Shown here: one piece after another, positions 41,641 to 57,244 of the stretch
How positions within the stretch are numbered: the first letter of the stretch is position 1
Layout of the letters: each line of letters begins with the position of its first letter
Assembly: GCA_951406725.2 (NCBI GenBank)
Contig: OX597834.1
Coordinates: forward strand, 27,900,001 to 27,964,000
DNA: 64,000 nucleotides
Direction: 5' to 3'
Origin: Octopus vulgaris
Taxonomy: Eukaryota
The notes under the pieces: generated by a model
Databases searched by the model: none
Told to the model about the DNA's origin: nothing
Seen by the model: the letters and a program-made list of their open reading frames with translations, nothing else
Program-made: the position numbers and the translations under genes

Positions 41641-42026
41641 GGAGGCGCAATGGCCCAGTGGTTAGGGCAGCGGACTCGCGATCGTAGGATCGCGGTTTCG
41701 ATTCCCAGACCGGGCGTTGTGAGTGTTTATTGAGCGAATACATCTAAAGCTCCACGACGCTCCGGCAGGGGATGGTGGTGATACCTGCTGTACTCTTTCA
41801 CCACAACTTTCTCTCACTCTTACTTCCTGTTTCTGTTGTACTTGTATTTCAAAGGGCCGGCCTTGTCAGTCTCTGTGTCACGCTGAATATCCCCGAGAAC
41901 TACGTTAAGGGTACACGTGTCTGTGGAGTGCTCAGCCACTTACACGTTAATTTCACGAGCAGGCTGTTCCGTTGATTCGGATCAACCGGAACCCTCATCG
42001 TCGTAACCGACGGAGTGCTTCCATCC
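41641..42026 (+). mobile_element. SINE head B with tail type 1 and 13-bp TSD
   Basis: The TSD aatgctcatgaca occurs at 41628-41640 and 42027-42039. Confidence 0.92.
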
Positions 42027-42263
42027 AATGCTCATGACATACGTAGCTCTAAGTCTGAGGAGACTTAGATTGAGAAGACTTAGGGATTGTGGTTTCGATT
42101 CCGAGATCGGGCGGCGCTTGTGTTCTTGAGCAAAACTCTTCATGACTATTCCACTCAGCTACAAAATGAGTTCCAGCCAACACTGGATTAACCATTTAGC
42201 AAAATAAGCACGTTCTTAGGGCATCACGAGAAGGGGAATACCATTGAAATGGTAAACGGTTTA

Positions 42264-42493
42264 CGGCGAGATGGCAGAAACGTTAGCACGCCGGGCGAAA
42301 TGCTTAGTGGTATTTCGTCTGCCGTTACGTTGTGAGTTCAAATTCCGCCGAGGTCGACTTTGCCTTTCATCCTTTCGGGGTCGATAAATTAAGTACCAGT
42401 TACGCACTGAGATCGATGTAATCGACTTAATACCTATGTCTGTCCTTGTTTGTCCTCTCTGTGTTTAGCCCCTCGTGGGTAGTAAAGAAATAG
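42264..42493 (+). mobile_element. SINE family C
   Basis: Full body, with ggtttacggc repeated at both ends. Confidence 0.9.
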
Positions 42494-42597
42494 GTTTACG
42501 GCACAAAAGAAATCACTTTAAACTTGCTAAAATAATATTCGGGATGTTTTATCTTAACTAAGTATAGAAGCAGATGATGTATTCTTTAATCTTTTCA

Positions 42598-43362
<765 letters not shown>

Positions 43363-43843
43363 GCTTGAATAGAAGGTAATTGATTTGAAGGCAACTTGGT
43401 TACCATTTTTAGCCAGTTAGGCGTCCACGTTCAGCTGATATTATTCTTATTGTTGTAGTCGTTGTTGTTGCTGTTCTTCATCAAACATTTTTGTTGTTGT
43501 GAACGAAGTACAACATTATCTGAATGACCGTTATTTTCTAAAAATTAGAGCTGCGATTTGAAGGCCATTTGATTGCTATTTCCAGCCTGTGTTAACTATG
43601 TCGCTGGTGTTGTTCATGATGTCGTTGTCCTCGATGTTGCTTTTGTTGTTGTTGTTGTTGTTGTTGTTGTTGCTGCTGCTGTTGTTGTTGTTGTTGTTGT
43701 TGTTGCTTTTGTTGTTGTTGTTGTTCTGGACGATATATTTTCGTCGTCGTCGCAGTTGTAGTTAGAATTTGCTCCAGCTCTTAGCCAGCCTTACGTGCAA
43801 CAAACTGCCGCGAGACCAATAAACAAACAAACAAGCAACACGT

Positions 43844-43875
<32 letters not shown>

Positions 43876-44180
43876 TCTGCACACACATACACACATACTC
43901 TACAACCACCGACACTCTACAAACCAAAACACACGCTCGTATACACGAACAGAGACACGGCAATGGGGGATTGTGTCTCGGGGAGTCAAATTACTGTTCA
44001 ACACCGGGAAAGAAAGAAAGAACGAAAGAAAGAAAGAATGAAAGAAAGAACGAAAGAAACTGTACATACATGGACACAACATGACAACATATATATACAT
44101 TCATATAAACACACATATACATACATTCATATATTCATAAATACAAACAGACAAAGACCTTGCCGATGGATATGTGTGTG

Positions 44181-44228
<48 letters not shown>

Positions 44229-44232
44229 TACA

Positions 44233-44270
<38 letters not shown>

Positions 44271-44455
44271 CATGTATATACATGTATATATGCATGTATA
44301 TATGTATATATATGTATGTACGAATGTGCGCATGTATATATATATATATATATATTTATATACACTCTAAAAATTATAATGTTCACATATGTACATGAAG
44401 ATAAAGATTCGTGGGGTAAACATGCACGTATATTCATAATTATGCAAATATATAT

Positions 44456-44516
<61 letters not shown>

Positions 44517-44607
44517 TACACACAGACACATATATAGACAGACGAAAGGGTAAATCAACATACAAACATACGTATGTATTCATATGTATGTGCGTTTGCT
44601 TATGTGC

Positions 44608-44656
<49 letters not shown>

Positions 44657-44710
44657 CATATATATATATACATATATACACATACATATATATATATATA
44701 TATGTATGTG

Positions 44711-44743
<33 letters not shown>

Positions 44744-44795
44744 GCACATAAGCAAACACACACAGACGCACACACACATACATATGAATACATAC

Positions 44796-44904
<109 letters not shown>

Positions 44905-45805
44905 AGAGAGGCAGGAGAAAAGCAGGAAAAGGAGATGTTGATGGGAGAGTTAAGGACGAGTTGACACTGAAGGTGGCTAGTGGTTTGATTCGAACGAGTA
45001 AACGGTATAGGGGACTTGGATGGGTGCTAGTATGCGGAGTGGTAGCTGTAGGGGGTTGTAAAATTATGGGATCTAGAAAATAGAGAATATATGAGGGGTT
45101 GGAATGTGTGCAAGGAAAAATGCAAGCAAATGCAGTGAGCTGGAGGGTTCGGTGGCAACATGGAGGTACTGCACTGGACGTGAAGAAACGTGATTTGAAG
45201 TCGAAATTAGTACGAGAATCTCGCTGACACTGATTAATATCCTGGTGGTCAAATAGATAGATATCCAGTGTTCACCGACAAAAACCGACATAGGACATAC
45301 ACATGCATATATGCCCCACCGCGAATACACAGGCACATGCATATATGCACACATATATAGAAATCAGTCATAGACGTACGTACCGATAGCCCAGAATTAG
45401 TGATTCTTGCATATCATACACGTGCTCATCTGTATGTATGTATGTATGTATGTATGTATGTATGTATGTATGTATGTATGTATGTATGTATGTATGTATG
45501 TATGTATGTATGTATGTATGTATGTACGCATGCATGTATGTATGAATGTATGTATGCATGCATGCATGTATGTATGTATGTATGTATGTATATATGTATG
45601 TATGCATGTATTTATGTATGTATGCATGCATGTATGTATGTATGTATGTATGCATGCATGCATGTATGTATGTATGTATGTATTTATGTATGTATGTATG
45701 TATGTATGTATGTATGTATGTATGTATGCATGTATGTATGTATGCATGCATGTATGTATGTATATAAGCATGTATGTATGTATGTATGTATGTATGTATA
45801 TAAGC

Positions 45806-45836
<31 letters not shown>

Positions 45837-46186
45837 CATGCATGAATGTATGCATGAATGTATGTATGTATTCATAGTTGTAAACGTCAAGACAGGTTGA
45901 ACAGGTTGTACATAATATTCATAAGAAGTACACTGTGCCCTCGTGTCACGTTTTGAATACCTACGTACAGAAATATATTTATATATACACACGTATATAT
46001 ATTATACATAGATATACCTAAACATATATATACCTATATATGTATTTATATATATGTATATACATACACACACACACACATATATATATACATATATACA
46101 TGCATACATTTACATATATATATGCATGTATTCATACATACATATATATATATATCTATATACATATATATATTTATACATACCTG

Positions 46187-46617
<431 letters not shown>

Positions 46618-46998
46618 GTAAGCACAAAATATTAATTCTATATTTATATACATATATAATATGTGTGTATGTCTGTCTGTACGTATGTATGTATGTTATG
46701 TTACGTTATATGTATATATGCGTATTCATATGTATTTGTAAGCATAAAAATATAACTTGTATAATGCCTACATATGGGAACCGGCTGCTTGTGAGTGTAT
46801 TCGCATATAGCGCATGCGTATGTCTGTGTTTGTGTCTGTATTAGGTAAGGTGTGTTATGATGTGTTTTTATCTTCATAACATCACAAATATGCATGTGGG
46901 GTATGGCTATTTGCAAAATGAATGCATAAATACAACCAGCTTACTGGTCTATGGTCACCTCCAGATATATATATATATATAAGCGCATGTGTATATAT

Positions 46999-47030
<32 letters not shown>

Positions 47031-47128
47031 GCACGTATGTGTTTATAGATGTATATATATATGTATGTATGTGTGGATGTATTTATGGATGTATATCTAT
47101 ACATATGTACATGTGCGTGTAAATAGAC

Positions 47129-47162
<34 letters not shown>

Positions 47163-47280
47163 GTATTATGTATATATGCATGTATATATATATACATGCA
47201 TAAGTATATACATATGCATATGTATACACACTCATATATATATATATATATATATATGCATATACATATATATACATAAC

Positions 47281-47358
<78 letters not shown>

Positions 47359-47555
47359 TATATGTGTGTGTGCGTGTGTAACTTTCAGTTGCTTATTTTG
47401 TTGTGTTTGGTTGATTCAGATCCTTTCAACACACGGTCGCTCAGCATAGAGCTACAAAACACATAAGCACACATATATATATATAGTATACTTGATAGAT
47501 ATATGTATGCATATATATGTGTGTATCAATAAAATATATATCAATATATATATAA

Positions 47556-47625
<70 letters not shown>

Positions 47626-47714
47626 CGTATATATACGTATATAAATAAGTATATATAAATGCATGAATATATATATGCACACACACATACACACACACAT
47701 ATATAAATATACAC

Positions 47715-47749
<35 letters not shown>

Positions 47750-47823
47750 CTCATACATACATCTCTACATAAGTGCACTCATATTGTATATTTATATTCA
47801 GGAACATAGAGGTGCGTGTGCAG

Positions 47824-47867
<44 letters not shown>

Positions 47868-47934
47868 GAGAGAGATAGATAGATATATATATATAGATAT
47901 AGATAGATAGATATTGATATCTACACACACACAC

Positions 47935-47978
<44 letters not shown>

Positions 47979-48233
47979 ACTGATACACATATATATACAT
48001 ACATATACACACAACATATATTCAATGAGCTTGTATGCTACAAATGTCCACTCCTTTGCATTTTTCCCTAGGAATTCCTATACATGCTTCAACAATGAAA
48101 TCGGAAAATGGGCAATATCTTCCTCTCTCTTTGTCTCTCCCTCTCTCCTACTCTCCCCCTTTCTCTCTCTATCTCTCTTTCACTCTCTCTCTCACCCTCT
48201 CTGTGTTTGTGTGTATGTACGTATGTATGTATG

Positions 48234-48283
<50 letters not shown>

Positions 48284-48434
48284 TGTGTGAAATCAGAACC
48301 GTTATTTAATCGAGATAATACTTTAAGTACAATTTTCCGTGTATTTTGTGAACAAGAATCCATTCGTTTTCTGTTAAATCGACGCTATTCATCTCGCCTC
48401 TCCCTAAATTTCGTGCTGAGTCGACTGTTTTATG

Positions 48435-48471
<37 letters not shown>

Positions 48472-48484
48472 ATTGATAGATACC

Positions 48485-48520
<36 letters not shown>

Positions 48521-48791
48521 GATATATATACACACACACACATTTATATATATTTATATATATGTAAGGAGAGAGAGAGGCAGAAATAGACTGCTTGCTC
48601 CAAAAATTTCTTTTACCCGTACACTCCTCTGATGAGCAATGGAAACGAAACATAGCGTTCAATATCGGGATAGTTTCTGTCGTTTCCTGCTATACATAGT
48701 CTGCATACTTATGCCTCTGCATTTATATCTACACATACACATACACACACACAAATACACATACACATATATATATATATCCCTGTATATG

Positions 48792-49178
48792 TGGAAGCAC
48801 TCCGTCGGTTACGACGACGAGGGTTCCGGTTGATCCGAATCAACGGAACAACCTGCTCGTGAAATTAACGTGTAAGTGGCTGAGCATTCCACAGACACGT
48901 GTACCCTTAACGTAGTTCTCGGGGATATCCAGCGTGACACAGAGAGTGACAAGGCCGGCCCTTTGAAATACAGGTACAACAGAAACAGGAAACAGGAAGT
49001 AAGAGTAAGAGAAAGTTGTGGTGAAAGAGTACAGCAGGGATCACCACCATCCCCTGCCGGAGCCTCGTGGAGCTTTAGGTGTTTTCGCTCAATAAACACT
49101 CACAACGCCCGGTTTGGGAATCGAAACCGCGATCCTATGACCGCGAGTCCGCTGCCCTAACCACTGGGCCATTGTGCC
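48792..49178 (-). mobile_element. SINE head B with tail type 1
   Basis: Reverse-complement match to 41641-42026. Confidence 0.92.
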
Positions 49179-49469
49179 CTCTATATGTATGTATATATAT
49201 ATACCTTTATATTTGATTAGACAATAAAATAGGCACCATTGGCATGTTCCGTCCATTGCAAAAGATGGGGGCTATGCTACCCACTACAACAAAGCAACGT
49301 CCCAAACCTGGCGATCCAAATTATGAGATTTAATCTAAATAACTATGGTAACATACTAATGATTTGTGAAGAGGGGGCAAAGTGGACATACTATGTTTTT
49401 GTAAATATCTAGTCTAGAAGATGTGGAAAATTTGTAGCAAAGCTTGATGCATATTTATAAATACTTGTA

Positions 49470-50649
49470 TCTCTTATTATAAAAGGCAGATTTTATCTGC
49501 CTCCCTTTGGGAGTTATACAAATCTACAATATACGATTTCTTCAATTACAATTTACCTAGCATTTTTGAGAGTACAATGCATCGCGTCATGCCAGGTCCA
49601 GTTTTTAAAATTTAAACTCCAATTAAGCAAAATTTACAGAAAACTCACATTCTGGTGTGTGTGTCAAATGCTTTTCTTAGTCTGGTTTACACCACACGCA
49701 AACGCACACACACAGTGTGCGACGAATAAAATGAAAGTAAATGTAATATTTGTTTCTGTCTATCACGCTGATAGATACATGAGTAAAATGTATGGGAAGC
49801 TAACAGATAACAGTGAGTGAAAATGTTCTTGGAAGAGAGTAAATTAGCGACAGAGTGATTTGAGCAAGACTAAACTGAAAGTATGAAACAGTGTTTATGT
49901 ATAAACAGACGACACTTATATAAACCCTTTCGTTACCAAACCGCCCGAATTTACCTATTCATATTTAAATGAGAATATCAGAGTAAATCTCTTTAGTACA
50001 TTCGTGAAAACACGTATTATACTTCGTAAACACTTCAAATACAGTTTTGTACAAAAATCGAAGTGTAATTTTAATTCCGTGAATTATGGGAGATTTTTTT
50101 TCCGAAATTTGTTCCTATTGTGTTTTCAAAATTTGTAATTCTGACAAAAAATGGATACGAATTTCATTATATCAAGCAGCGAGTCAGAATTCGAAGGATT
50201 TTCTACTGAAGACCTTCATAAATCTAACTCTATGACTGAAAAAAAATAAGCATCTTTATATAAGAGTGAAGTTGTGTGTCTGTCCCCTTCGATTTAGATT
50301 CGTAACTACTCCCACATTTTGCCGTGCAGTTTAACCAAAAGCGGGTATCTTATAGTCGTGATTAATATCGAGCCCTTCTGGGTATTAGCGCGCGTCTACG
50401 ATGAGTCTACGATTTAAAAAAATTTACCATCATATTTTTCCATTTGAATGCATTTTTTTCGCTTTTATATAAGGGAAGTAACTCTCTAAAAATATCTACG
50501 ATGTGTCAACGATTTAAAAAAAAAATTTACCTTAATTTTTTTTTCAATTTTTAATGCATTTTTTTGCTATTTTTTGGCTATAACTCTCTAAAAATGCTTA
50601 TATAGTTATTTCCCTTACAAACCCGAGCAACGCCGGGCGATACTGCTAG
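49470..50649 (+). mobile_element. Composite non-autonomous Helitron (1180 bp)
   Basis: Termini are A|TC...CTAG|T with the hairpin cccgagcaacgccggg. The empty site is preserved at 51084-51128, and an internal second 5' end lies at 50253. Confidence 0.9.
49925..50250 (+). mobile_element. piggyBac-like left end captured inside the Helitron
   Basis: A taaaCCCTTTCGTTACC TIR-like start, then ATG at 50151 giving the acidic MDTNFIISSSESEFEGFSTEDL. Confidence 0.55.
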
Positions 50650-50667
50650 TACAAATATATATGTATA

Positions 50668-51085
50668 CTCTCTTTTACTCTCTTTTACTTGTTTCAGTCA
50701 TTTGACTGCGGCCATGCTGGAGCACCGCCTTTAGTCGAGCAAATCGACCCCGGGACTTATTCTTTGTAAGCCCAGTGCTTATTCTATCGGTCTCTTTTGC
50801 CGAACCGCTAAGTGACGGGGACGTAAACACACCAGCATCGGTTGTTAAGCAATGCTAGGGGGACAAACACAGACACACAAACATTTACACATACACACAC
50901 ATATATATATATATACATATATACGACAGGCTTCTTTCAGTTTCCGTCTACCAAATCCACTCACAAGGCATTGGTCGGCCCGGGGCTATAGCAGAAGACA
51001 CTTGCTCATGATGTCACGCAGTGGGACTGAACCCGGAACCATGTGGTTGGTAAGCAAGCTACTTACCACGCAGCCACTCCTACGC
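50668..51085 (-). mobile_element. SINE family A, full length, ~45-bp TSD
   Basis: The left TSD copy is 49442-49469 plus 50650-50666 and the right copy is 51084-51128. Confidence 0.92.
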
Positions 51086-51499
51086 TTGATGCATATTTAT
51101 AAATACTTGTATACAAATATATACGTATGTGTATTTTTGTATGTATTTAATGCAGATGTCCTTAATGAGACGTCAATATGTCTCCACTAGTAGAACTCAA
51201 TATCTCCGATAGCAAAGATTTTATATCAAGAGTTTGTTACAATTTTCAGGATGTTTCATCAGGAGGGAACTATAAACAGATTCCGGACAATTTCAAAATA
51301 ATTTCTTTGTGTATGTGTCCGAGTAAAATTAGAGCACAGACAAATCTAACAAATATTCTGAGACGTCGTATCTGAGCCTGTAAAGAGTATCAAAAAAATA
51401 CTAAGTTGTTGTAGATGTGTTTTAGTTGCCAGAACGCAGACCTGCGTCGAAATATTGGTGGCAACAAGAGGTAAACGAAAAGTGAGTATAACACAGATT

Positions 51500-51714
51500 G
51501 GAATGGAAGCACTCCGTCGGTTACGACGACGAGGGTTCCGGTTGATCCGAATCAACGGAACAGAGCAGGGATCACCACCATCCCCTGCCGGAGCCTCGTG
51601 GAGCTTTAGATGTATTCGCTCAATAAACACTCACAACGTCCGGTCTGGGAATCGAAACCGCGATCCTATGACCGCGAATCCGCTGCCCTAACCACTGGGC
51701 CATTGCACCTCCAC
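51500..51714 (-). mobile_element. Internally deleted SINE B/tail 1 with 12-bp TSD
   Basis: ataacacagatt occurs at 51488-51499 and 51715-51726. Confidence 0.9.
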
Positions 51715-52032
51715 ATAACACAGATTATATGTGTCTTTAAGTGACTGAAATGTTTTATTCCTTCGTCTTCTTGAGTCTTGTTAGAGATGAGTGAAAAAAG
51801 TGGTGTAAATCCATTTTGTTTCGAAATTTCCTGGAAACATGCGGTATTTGTGACTCAGTCAATCGAACGGTTGATTGGCCACTTCAACGAATGGATGATG
51901 GTTGTTCTTGGGAAAGGCTGATTTATTGTGAACTGAGAAGCCCTTGCAGAACTGCTTCTCTTATAAATCTTATGGGGAAAAGTTCTTCCAAACAAATATT
52001 ATTTTTAAATCACTAACATTTCCTGCGATATA

Positions 52033-52320
52033 CATCATCATCATCATCATCATTGTTCGACCGTGGTCAAGACAATGGAATTTACCATGCTACGCCAGAC
52101 TTCACGGTCCATCATGGCATTGCTGGATGTCCTGTATGCTTGATGCCTGTATCCCTGGAGATTACATCAGGGTAGGAGAGTGTGCGCCCTCTGGTATTGC
52201 GAGTAGATGGCTTCCAGAGGAGAAGAGTAGAAATTACTTATTTTTCAGCTCTACAACAATGTCCAGCAAACTGGACTCTCCTACCTTTCACAAGAGATGA
52301 CACAGGTGGTAGTTTCCCAT
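52033..52320 (-). mobile_element. RTE-type LINE 3' end
   Basis: Homolog of 7659-7882 that extends to GKLPPVSSLVKGRRVQFAGHC. Confidence 0.85.
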
Positions 52321-52710
52321 ATACATACATCACTATCAACAGCGCAGTTCTTATGACGAGTCATTTGCCAAACGATAACATCTACTAAAACATATTGGTG
52401 ACTATAAATTGACGTTTTTAAAACCTCGTCGAATTATTGACTTTTTTCCTTATCCATGCTTTAAACATTGTAATACTAACGTAATGGAAATACGGAAGGT
52501 TTCAGATATAAAACAACGTTGCAAAATAAATCAAATATTTAATACATTTCAATGAATTTGTATGTACGTACCTATTCATAGCAACTCTAGTTGCTCACCG
52601 CGAGCTATACAGGAACTTTCAGCTTATCGAATTTCCTTGTAACTTTGATATGGGTTAAACTTCCACGCCAAACTCCCTATACATGGATCCCCGGATCTCA
52701 CCCTTATATA

Positions 52711-52786
52711 TATTTCTTTATTGCCCACAAGGGGCTAAACATAGAGGGGACAAACAAGGACAGACAAAGGGATTAAGTCGATTACA
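52711..52786 (-). mobile_element. 5'-truncated SINE family C with TSD
   Basis: atctcacccttatatata is present on both sides. Confidence 0.8.
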
Positions 52787-52802
52787 TCTCACCCTTATAT
52801 AT

Positions 52803-52834
<32 letters not shown>

Positions 52835-52939
52835 GAATATATGTATGCGTATGTATATATATATATATATCTGCAAATATTTCTATATACGTACACACAG
52901 GCACACATACACACAACACACACACAAATACACACACAC

Positions 52940-53004
<65 letters not shown>

Positions 53005-53678
53005 TAGATATATAATGGCTGTCATATAAAGCTATTCTATATATATAGAAAAGCAGGGTTTATTTTTCATACTAAAGTTTAGTATGAGTTTTACCGAATG
53101 AAATCAACTGTTACTATATTGGTAAATTAATTAAACTGATTAGTTGAATTTACCAGATTACATAAGACAGTTATCTTAGTACAGAACCTTACCGTGACTA
53201 GTAAACATTTGGCCGACTATAGGACACCGTCGTTTCTAGTTTATTATCCTTCTCAAGTAATCGTTTCCTTTACGACTTCCAACCACTGCGAAGTTGTACA
53301 TAACGCTATTCTTCTAATGTTTATCACTAGATCTAGTATGGAGACTTGTGAACATAAATAATAAACAATATGAAGTTGGTTACCACAGCATGTTCGGGCC
53401 CATTCCTGTTACTTTGGCGTCATAATATTGTTTATAATCTTAAACTCATCAAAATCACTGAGATTCGATCGTGAGGTTGTGAGCTCGAATCCCGGACCGG
53501 GCTGCGTGTTGTGTGCTTGTTACTTTTAGTGCTTATGTTAGTATATTCATAACTGTATATATATGTATGTATATAATGTACATATATTTGTGTCTGTGTG
53601 TGTATATACTTTGATATGCATGTATGAAAGTATGTGTGTATATATATATATAAATATATATAAATATATATATTCTGA

Positions 53679-53983
53679 GGCCATGGGATTGCAACTAGAA
53701 AGTTCTCCTCCTAGGCACAAGTCCAGGCAAGGTTGTTTATGGAAGACCAGCAATCACCCATGCTTCCCCTCTCCACGTCACCAGTGTTATCCAAGGGAAA
53801 GGCAAAAGCCGATACAGCTTGGCACCAGTGACGTCGCAACTCATTTCTACAGCTGAGTGAACTGGAGCAACGTGAAATAAAGTGTCTTGCTCAATAACAT
53901 AACACACAGCCTGGTCCGGGATTCGAGCTCACAACCTCACGATCGCAAGCTCGACGCTCGAACCACTGAGCTATACGCCTTCA
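53679..53983 (-). mobile_element. SINE head D with tail type 4
   Basis: Reverse-complement homolog of 4836-5166. Confidence 0.85.
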
Positions 53984-53985
53984 CA

Positions 53986-54058
<73 letters not shown>

Positions 54059-54167
54059 AGTATATGTATATACGTATATATTTATATACATATATGTGCA
54101 CACCTACTACATACAGATGCATATTTGTGTGTCTGTGGGTGTATATATATGTGTGTGTGTGTGTGTG

Positions 54168-54205
<38 letters not shown>

Positions 54206-54419
54206 TGCAGGAGTGGCTATGTGGTAGGTAGCTTGCTTACCAACCACATGGTTCCGAGTATATATATATATACACTTATTCAAATAGATATAGATATGGA
54301 TGTGAATGGAGATATATCAAAGTATACGCAGACTTTAAAATGTAGAAAACAAATTTCATAATTTTATATTAAGTAACTTATAACTTCCTCGAACACCCAT
54401 ATATATATACATGCACATA

Positions 54420-54464
<45 letters not shown>

Positions 54465-54520
54465 ATGTGTGTACATATATATATACAATCATATGTATAT
54501 ATACACACACACACACACAC

Positions 54521-54555
<35 letters not shown>

Positions 54556-54784
54556 TGTGTCAACATTGTGAGTGAAATCGGAAAAACAAATTTATCTTTC
54601 CTTGTTTCTTTCTTTGTTTTTGCTTTTATATATATATATTTTTTTACTATTATCGTTAATATTATTTATATTTAAAATTTTTTTACTTATAATTTCTTAG
54701 TATTTTGTCATATATATTTTTCTTCGGTTTTTGCTTATGATTTTATTTTTATAATTTGCCTGTTTTCGTATTATTTTTATATTT

Positions 54785-54832
54785 AAATATTTATTATTAT
54801 TCTTATAACCATTATTATTATTATTATTATTA

Positions 54833-54888
<56 letters not shown>

Positions 54889-55174
54889 TGTTTCTTCGTT
54901 TATACGTTTATGAATTTGCTTCCACGAGTTCGTGAGTTCGTGTGTGGACGTCACGTTTCGGAAATATCACTTATGTTCCTGGAAGGATGCGTGGAAATTT
55001 ATGGTTGATGTTCAAGTGAGGAATTAGCAGATTATTATTATTATCATTATTATTATTATTATTATTATCATTATTATTATTATTATCATTATTATTATTG
55101 TTATTGTTATTATTATCATTATCATTATTATTATCATTATTATTATTATTATCATCATTATTATTATTATTTGC

Positions 55175-55214
<40 letters not shown>

Positions 55215-55426
55215 TATCCTTATTATTACTGATATTATTCTTAATGTTTTATTAGCATTGCGGTTATGATTATTATTATTATTACTATTGCCATTATTAC
55301 CACTCTTGTTATCCTTACCATAATTGTTATTACTATTATTATTGTTAATATTCTCATTATTGTTATTATTTATCACTACTGTTATTATTATTATTGTTGT
55401 TGTTAGTTTTGTTGTTGCTACTGTTG

Positions 55427-55466
<40 letters not shown>

Positions 55467-55484
55467 TATTATTATTATTATTAC

Positions 55485-55530
<46 letters not shown>

Positions 55531-55663
55531 GTTATTATTGTTATTATTATCATTATTATTATTATTATTTTTATTATTATTATTATTATTCCCAGTTTTG
55601 TTATTATTATTATTCCCATTTTTGTTATTATTATTCCCCTTTTTGTTGTTGTTGTTGTAGTTG

Positions 55664-55697
<34 letters not shown>

Positions 55698-55742
55698 TAC
55701 TACTACTACTATTATTATTATTATTATTATTATTATTACTGC

Positions 55743-55800
<58 letters not shown>
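54785..55800. repeat. (TTA)n-dominated tracts
   Basis: Direct reading; similar tracts lie at 60438-61135. Confidence 0.9.
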
Positions 55801-56176
55801 ACTGAGTTATAAGTTTATGGGGTTTACTGGGATTAAATTCGAATTAATTTCCTTGTATGTAATGTATGTATGTGTTTGTGCATGCATGTATATGCGTCAT
55901 AAGAGTGTATGCATTTGTATATATTCATAATGTGCGTTTGTATTTACGTATATGCATGCATGTGTGTATGTGTCTATATATGCGTTAGTGAATGTTTGCA
56001 TGTGCGTCGGTATGTAAACGTGTGCCTGCGTATATAGAAATCTCTATGTATGTCGATGTATGCCTGCATGTATGCGTATATATGTGTATGTGTATGTGCG
56101 AGTGAGTACGTTTGTATGCGTGTGCATGCTTATTAAATTCATATATACGTCCCTATGTATCCTTGTATATATGCAC

Positions 56177-56214
<38 letters not shown>

Positions 56215-56446
56215 GTAAGATGTGTGTTTCCATGCACACATTTGAGTGAATGCATGCATGTATGTTGTTGTATGTATGTGTATCGATATGTGTGTAGGGG
56301 CGTAAATGTGTTTATCTGTGCACATGCATGCATTAAGTATGCATACATGCTAGTATATATGTATTCAAGACGTGTGAATATATGTACATACGCATATAGG
56401 AAAGCACCCTGGCATTTCTGCATGTATCTATGTATATACTCATATA

Positions 56447-56531
<85 letters not shown>

Positions 56532-56569
56532 ATATATATATGTATATATATATACACACATATATGTAA

Positions 56570-56606
<37 letters not shown>

Positions 56607-56607
<1 letters not shown>

Positions 56608-56790
56608 TCTTTTGCTATTTTACTTGTTTCAGTCGAGCAAATCGACCCCAGGACTTATTCTTTGTAAGTCTAGTACTTATTCTATCGCTCTCTTTTGCCG
56701 AACCGCTTTGTGACGGCGACGTATACACACCAGCATTGGTTGTCAAGCGATATTTGGGTGACAAACACAGACACACAAACATATACACGC
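56607..56790 (-). mobile_element. SINE family A, 3' half with deletion
   Basis: Tail matches other A copies. Confidence 0.8.
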
Positions 56791-56803
56791 AAACATACAC
56801 ACG

Positions 56804-56857
<54 letters not shown>

Positions 56858-57024
56858 TTCAACCTTACAGTAGTCTGGAACAACTGAATCTTAGACAGTC
56901 AGTTGATGGTCTCCACTACCTCAAATGTTCTTAAAATTTAAATTCACATCTTTGTCTATATATCTACCTTCTCTATAATGTTGCCACTTGATATGAAAAT
57001 TTTTGTATTAATGGAAAACCTCTA

Positions 57025-57117
57025 TAATTGGCTGATGAGTGCTCAGCATTTTAAAACTGTTGTAATACTTACAACATTTAATAAAATGATGTAGTACGAA
57101 ACGATCGTACCAAATTA
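57025..57117 (+). ncRNA. Type I hammerhead ribozyme, canonical core, long stem II
   Basis: taattgg-CTGATGA-gtgct...tgttgtaa tac ttacaaca...agtac-GAAA-cgatcg-TA|ccaaatta, with predicted cleavage after 57109. Confidence 0.8.
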
Positions 57118-57170
57118 CCGGAGTCATTCTTGTTGCTTATTTTGATTATATATATATATATATGTATATA

Positions 57171-57244
<74 letters not shown>

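Noticed and set aside
41641-41716. tRNA gene
   Set aside because: A and B boxes are present, but there is no acceptor stem and it continues into a multi-copy SINE body.
48629-48660. CTGATGA...GAAA hammerhead candidate
   Set aside because: Stems I and II do not pair convincingly.
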